In this document: positions 59,853-64,000 of the stretch, piece after piece
How positions within the stretch are numbered: the first letter of the stretch is position 1
Layout of the letters: each line of letters starts with the position of its first letter
The notes under the pieces: model-generated
Database searches by the model: none
What the model saw: only the letters and a program-made list of their open reading frames with translations
What the model was told of the DNA's origin: nothing
Made by a program: the position numbers and the translations under genes
Origin: Mizuhopecten yessoensis
Taxonomy: Eukaryota
DNA: 64,000 nt
NCBI RefSeq assembly: GCF_002113885.1
Contig: NW_018404943.1
Span: forward strand, 582,363 to 646,362
Direction of reading: 5' to 3'

Positions 59853-62393
59853 TCAGGAACCCTTCTTCTTACCCCCAGGAGGGTTCTTACCCTTCTTACC
59901 CTTCCATTTGTTGCCCTTGAAGGGAGGCTTATACTTGGGCTGCGCAGAGGACTGCGAAGCCGAAGGTTTAGCCTTCTTCTTAGGAGGCGCTGACCCCTGC
60001 GAGGTACTGGCCTTCTCAGCCTGAATCCTCTTCACCAGAAGTGCAGAGGCGACCGAGTCCTCCTTCAAATCCTTCTGAACAGAAGGAAGGGCCCCTCCAA
60101 AAAGAGTGGACCCTGAGAAGGGGGCAGTCAACAGTCTGGAACGGTAAGGCTCATCGACCGGGCGATTTTTCAAAACTGAAAACCGCCTAGCCAACAAGAC
60201 ATTGACGAGGGATGACACCTGTAAAGCTGCCAGCGCTCTCAATGCCCCGTTCAGGGCAGAGGTCACTCTGTCCTGGATGTCGGCCTGCTCTGTCTCGGTA
60301 ATCCGACCCTCAGGCAAGTCGGATACCCTATATAGACAAACCGTCAAGTAGTCTATATACGACAGAATCTGGATGGAGAGACGCAGCAGTCTCTCCATCT
60401 TGTGGTGTTCTTTGGGACCGAACACCACCTGGTCCACCGATTTACCGGGCCAAGCTGCAAGTTCCCTCGATTCCAGCTTAGCTGGTTGAGGGGCAAGCAG
60501 ACCATCATGTGTGGCATAGTCAGTGGCGTGCACCTCTGACAAATCGCCAACACTGAGCTGCAACCCAGCATACCCAGGACTACGGGTTGAAGAAGAATTC
60601 TTCCCTAAAACCCGAGACTGGGCGGTGGCCAGAGCTGAAGACACAATGGTGCCTTCTGGCAGAGAGCGGTCCGACCGAGCGGACACCCGAGGAGCCACCA
60701 AAGAACCCAAAAGGGTGGTGGACTCGGGGACAGATGATGCCGAAGGTGGTGGGCAAACCTCCTCCCCAAGAATCCGGGAAACGTCAGCCCTAAGGCCCCG
60801 CATACCGGATAACACATGCTGGGCCTCAACCTCAGCAGCCTCAGGGTCTCCCTCATCCTGGAAGTCCTCCTCTGAGGGCAAGCCCTCCTGAGGACTGTCG
60901 TCAGACGACTCGGAAAGACCAGCGTCTATATCCGAACAACCAGGTGAAAGATGAACAACATCATTGTCCTCTGCCATACCCGCGCCCTCAACGTCCATAG
61001 CCTCCACACCATCCAGACCAGAAGCCTGGGGCGGAGGAAATGGGCCAGCCAGAGGGGCCAACCCGAGAGAAGGCTCCCCGTACCGGCGTTTAGGTGCAGT
61101 GCGCCTAACGGCCGTGGCTGTAGGTTTAGGCTTAGTAGCCAAAACCCTACCCTTGGACCCAGAGACCAACGAGCCTGCCCGAGAGGCAGAAGTCCTAAAG
61201 GTCCGACACACCTTCTTAGGACCGGCCGATAAGGCCCCCGAAGTAGCAGAAAGTTGGGGGGGGTCAACAGAACTGCTAACACGTCTCCGCGAGGGAGAGA
61301 CCAAACCCCAAGGATTCCATGACGGAAATGCCATGGGGTTAAACCCATATCCCGGAGGATAGGGGAAAGGTCCCGCGGGCTGGGAGTGACCCCAGAACTG
61401 GCCAAACTGGCCTGCCTGAGACTGGGGCTGGCCAACTTGCCCAAAGGGCGAAGGTGGACCGCCACTCCCTCCAGGTGGAAACCCGGACATGTACGGGCTA
61501 AGCCCGTAACTGCCGGGATGCTGTCGCAACCCAAAACCATCCGCAGGCTGGTAAGGGCGGCCCAAGGATGGTTGCCCGCAGGCACCCGTATACCCTAAGC
61601 CAGGGGAAAACGGAGGCCGGAAACCGGCCCCCTGTCCAGCAAACCCAACCCCTGGGGGGAAACCCCCCAGGTTCCCAGAAGAATGAAACTCGGGACCGGA
61701 CCTAATAGGACCGGGTCCGGGTAACTGACCGGGAGGGTATGCCTGACCAGCATTGATGCCGGGATTAGTGAGCTGCGCGTCACTAATCCCGGTAGACACA
61801 GACAATCCCGAAAGAAAGTCTGTTGTCACACCAGGACCTGAACCCGAAAGAACAGGCCCGGCACCAAGACTGTCCCCAACGACCGCACCACCTGGAATGC
61901 CGGGATCACTGACAGAGTCAGTGACCGGCGGCCGGTAGTCCCTACCCGAAGGCAAGCGCGAAAGCTTACGGGCGTTCCCGGCCAATTCGACCCTTGGCTG
62001 TGCCAAGCCAGGGTCAGGCTGCCCCTCCCCTACTCCAGGGAGTTCCTGGACAGGAAGGGCCACCCCCTGCTCACGAGAGGGACTTGCCGAAGCAAGACCC
62101 CCCGAGACAGGAACAGAGACAGTACCACCAGACCCCAGAGAGCTGGTGGCACGACCCCTACCTCTCTGCTTCCCTCGCTTACCGGAAGAAACAGACGAAT
62201 CTGTCTTACGGTAAGTTGAGGGTAGCTTTGGAACAATGAAGTCCTTGCCCTGAGATTTTGACTGTGAACAAAGTTCACAAGGCGAAACCTCACTGCAAGG
62301 ACGACACCTGGGACAGGCATCATGAGGGTCCCGTTCCACAAAGAAATGGGAACACCCATGAGCACTACCTCGTCGCTGTCCCGACCGAGACAT
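59853..62393 (-). CDS. DIRS ORF1, Gag-like protein (846 aa from ATG at 62393)
   Basis: N-terminal Cys/His cluster (C..F....DPHDACPRC.PC....PCELC), Gly/Pro-rich region, acidic tract, C-terminal LARR...L..PF.G..LFG motif and basic tail, as in DIRS ORF1. Confidence 0.9.
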   Translation of the reverse strand: MSRSGQRRGSAHGCSHFFVERDPHDACPRCRPCSEVSPCELCSQSKSQGKDFIVPKLPSTYRKTDSSVSSGKRGKQRGRGRATSSLGSGGTVSVPVSGGLASASPSREQGVALPVQELPGVGEGQPDPGLAQPRVELAGNARKLSRLPSGRDYRPPVTDSVSDPGIPGGAVVGDSLGAGPVLSGSGPGVTTDFLSGLSVSTGISDAQLTNPGINAGQAYPPGQLPGPGPIRSGPEFHSSGNLGGFPPGVGFAGQGAGFRPPFSPGLGYTGACGQPSLGRPYQPADGFGLRQHPGSYGLSPYMSGFPPGGSGGPPSPFGQVGQPQSQAGQFGQFWGHSQPAGPFPYPPGYGFNPMAFPSWNPWGLVSPSRRRVSSSVDPPQLSATSGALSAGPKKVCRTFRTSASRAGSLVSGSKGRVLATKPKPTATAVRRTAPKRRYGEPSLGLAPLAGPFPPPQASGLDGVEAMDVEGAGMAEDNDVVHLSPGCSDIDAGLSESSDDSPQEGLPSEEDFQDEGDPEAAEVEAQHVLSGMRGLRADVSRILGEEVCPPPSASSVPESTTLLGSLVAPRVSARSDRSLPEGTIVSSALATAQSRVLGKNSSSTRSPGYAGLQLSVGDLSEVHATDYATHDGLLAPQPAKLESRELAAWPGKSVDQVVFGPKEHHKMERLLRLSIQILSYIDYLTVCLYRVSDLPEGRITETEQADIQDRVTSALNGALRALAALQVSSLVNVLLARRFSVLKNRPVDEPYRSRLLTAPFSGSTLFGGALPSVQKDLKEDSVASALLVKRIQAEKASTSQGSAPPKKKAKPSASQSSAQPKYKPPFKGNKWKGKKGKNPPGGKKKGS

Positions 62394-62820
62394 ACCCTCC
62401 AAAGCGAACGTAAACAAAAAATTTACAAGCAGATAAAACGGGAAAATAAGGATAAAATACGATAGTACAAAGTACGCAACGTAGAAAGAATTTCACCCGT
62501 AATATAAATCAGAAAACGGTTAAAATAAATAACGTTTGCCGAAACAAACAACCGTCACCGAAATAAACAGAGGTCGGAAATTAACCCACGATAATGGCGG
62601 ACCGTGGCACACCACCGGCACACGTGGAGTAAAATAACCGGCCGTAAAAGGCACAAAAATAATTTTCAACAACAATTAGTTATATCAATAAGGGCAGATG
62701 GGTAAAAGGCACACAAACTGCGCAAAAATATGAGTTGACACTCAAACCAAACCGACAAAACAAAGTTTTGAATTGGAGCAAGCTCCGTGCGTCAGCATGC
62801 AGCAGGCGCCATAAAAGGAA

Positions 62821-62977
62821 GAGGAAGGGAGATCACTCCGTGGCTCTGTCATCGAGATAGAGGTTACGTCACGGTAGGGAGGTAGGGATATTTGAATCTT
62901 TTGTTTTTGGGCTACAAAGATGGGTGTAGGTATTGTATATGCATACTAAAGTTATGGTAATTATTACTGAAATGAAA
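62821..62977 (-). repeat. DIRS 5' inverted terminal repeat
   Basis: See the matching ITR at 56243-56382; element sense begins TTTCATTTCAG. Confidence 0.95.
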
Positions 62978-63346
62978 TCGATCTTTGCGTACAACATGAC
63001 CAACGGGGTTGGCTTACTACTAAGCAGTATAATAAACCTGGCGATTCGAATTCCCCTTTCTTGACTGTATCATCCATACACCAGCAATCCTTCCTCCCTT
63101 TTTGAGGTGTTTAGGTTTCACAGTTGATTCTATATTCACGGATGTGATCCTCAGTGATGGATATTGAATGCTGAAAGTCAAATATAAACTATAGGATTGA
63201 GTAAGATGCAGGTTGACTATGGGGGAAATGTCACTGGAAATGATCCTTAGTCCATATCTTGTCTTAAAGTTTAAAAGATTATGAGTTCACATTATGGTAA
63301 TATTTACATTTCCGTATATTCCAGTTTTGTTCTTTTAAACTCAAAA

Positions 63347-64000
63347 GGATGGTATTATACTGTGTCTTCACAAGGGTGGAATTATACTGTGTCGTCACAA
63401 GGGTGGGATTACACTGTGTCGTCACAAGGTTGGGATTATACTGTGTCGTCACAAGGGTGGGATTAAACTGTGTCGTCACAAGGGTGGAATTACACTGTGT
63501 CGTCACAAGGGTGGGATTACACTGTGTCGTCACAAGGGTGGGATTACAATGTGTCGTCACAAGGGTGGTATTATACTGTGTCGTCACAAGGGTGGTTTTA
63601 TACTGTGTCTTCACAAGGGTGGTACGTTACTGTGTCGTCACAAGGGTGGTATTATACTGTGTCGTCACAAGGGTAGTATTATACTGTGTCGTCACAAGGG
63701 TGGATTACACTGTGTCGTCACAAGGGTGGTACGTTACTGTGTCGTCACAAGGGATGTACGATACTGTGTCGTCACAAGGGTGGTACTATACTGTGTCGTC
63801 ACAAGGGTGGTATTATACTGTGTCTTCACAAGGGTGGGTTACACTGTGTCGTCACAAGGGTCGTACGTTACTGTGTCGTCACAAGGGATGTACGATACTG
63901 TGTCGTCACAAGGGTGGTACGATACTGTGTCGTCACAAGGGTGGTACTATACTGTGTCGTCACAAGGGTGGTTCTGTACTGTGTCGTCACAAGGGTGGTA
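63347..64000. repeat. 27-bp minisatellite (GGGTGGTATTATACTGTGTCGTCACAA), >=24 copies, runs off the window end
   Basis: 9-aa periodicity in the spurious ORFs; direct tandem units. Confidence 0.97.

Larger units (their letters stand above)
56202..62977 (-). mobile_element. Full-length DIRS1-type tyrosine recombinase retrotransposon
   Basis: Three intact ORFs (gag, RT-RNaseH-MT, YR), identical 140-bp inverted terminal repeats, internal complementary region, TTT 5' end on the minus strand, GC-rich relative to flanks. Confidence 0.97.

Noticed and set aside
56636-62365. Numerous plus-strand and short alternate ORFs within the DIRS element
   Set aside because: Expected in GC-rich coding DNA; no recognisable motifs.

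Overview
AT-rich (intergenic) eukaryotic genomic DNA with GT-AG introns; the C1qDC expansion and the SINE/MITE types suggest a bivalve mollusc, possibly a scallop (inference). From left to right: (1) the first seven coding exons of an SGLT/SMIT-type SLC5 sodium:solute symporter on the minus strand (116-10494, continuing off the left edge). (2) A repeat-dense block (11.5-24 kb) with LINE relics, a ~3.5-kb tandem duplication, a 1.1-kb foldback element with 8-bp TSD, MITEs with 9-bp TSDs and a Helentron-type (HINE) element. (3) A cluster of six two-exon C1q-domain genes (24742-50481). All encode signal peptide + coiled coil + basic convertase-like site at or next to a phase-1 intron + gC1q domain with an invariant C-x13-C pair; two are head-to-head 188 bp apart and one carries a Thr/Pro mucin stalk. 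(4) An intronless rhodopsin-family peptide-receptor-like GPCR. (5) A complete, apparently young DIRS1-type tyrosine-recombinase retrotransposon (56202-62977) with identical ITRs and an ICR. The best candidates for something undescribed are the DIRS gag stop context and the prohormone-like C1qDC cluster. At the gag stop (UCC-UGA-C) the RT ORF lies in the +1 frame, as at the antizyme shift site, and the recombinase ORF lies in the 0 frame behind that single stop, suggesting one three-way recoding switch. All assignments were made by eye; no database searches were run.
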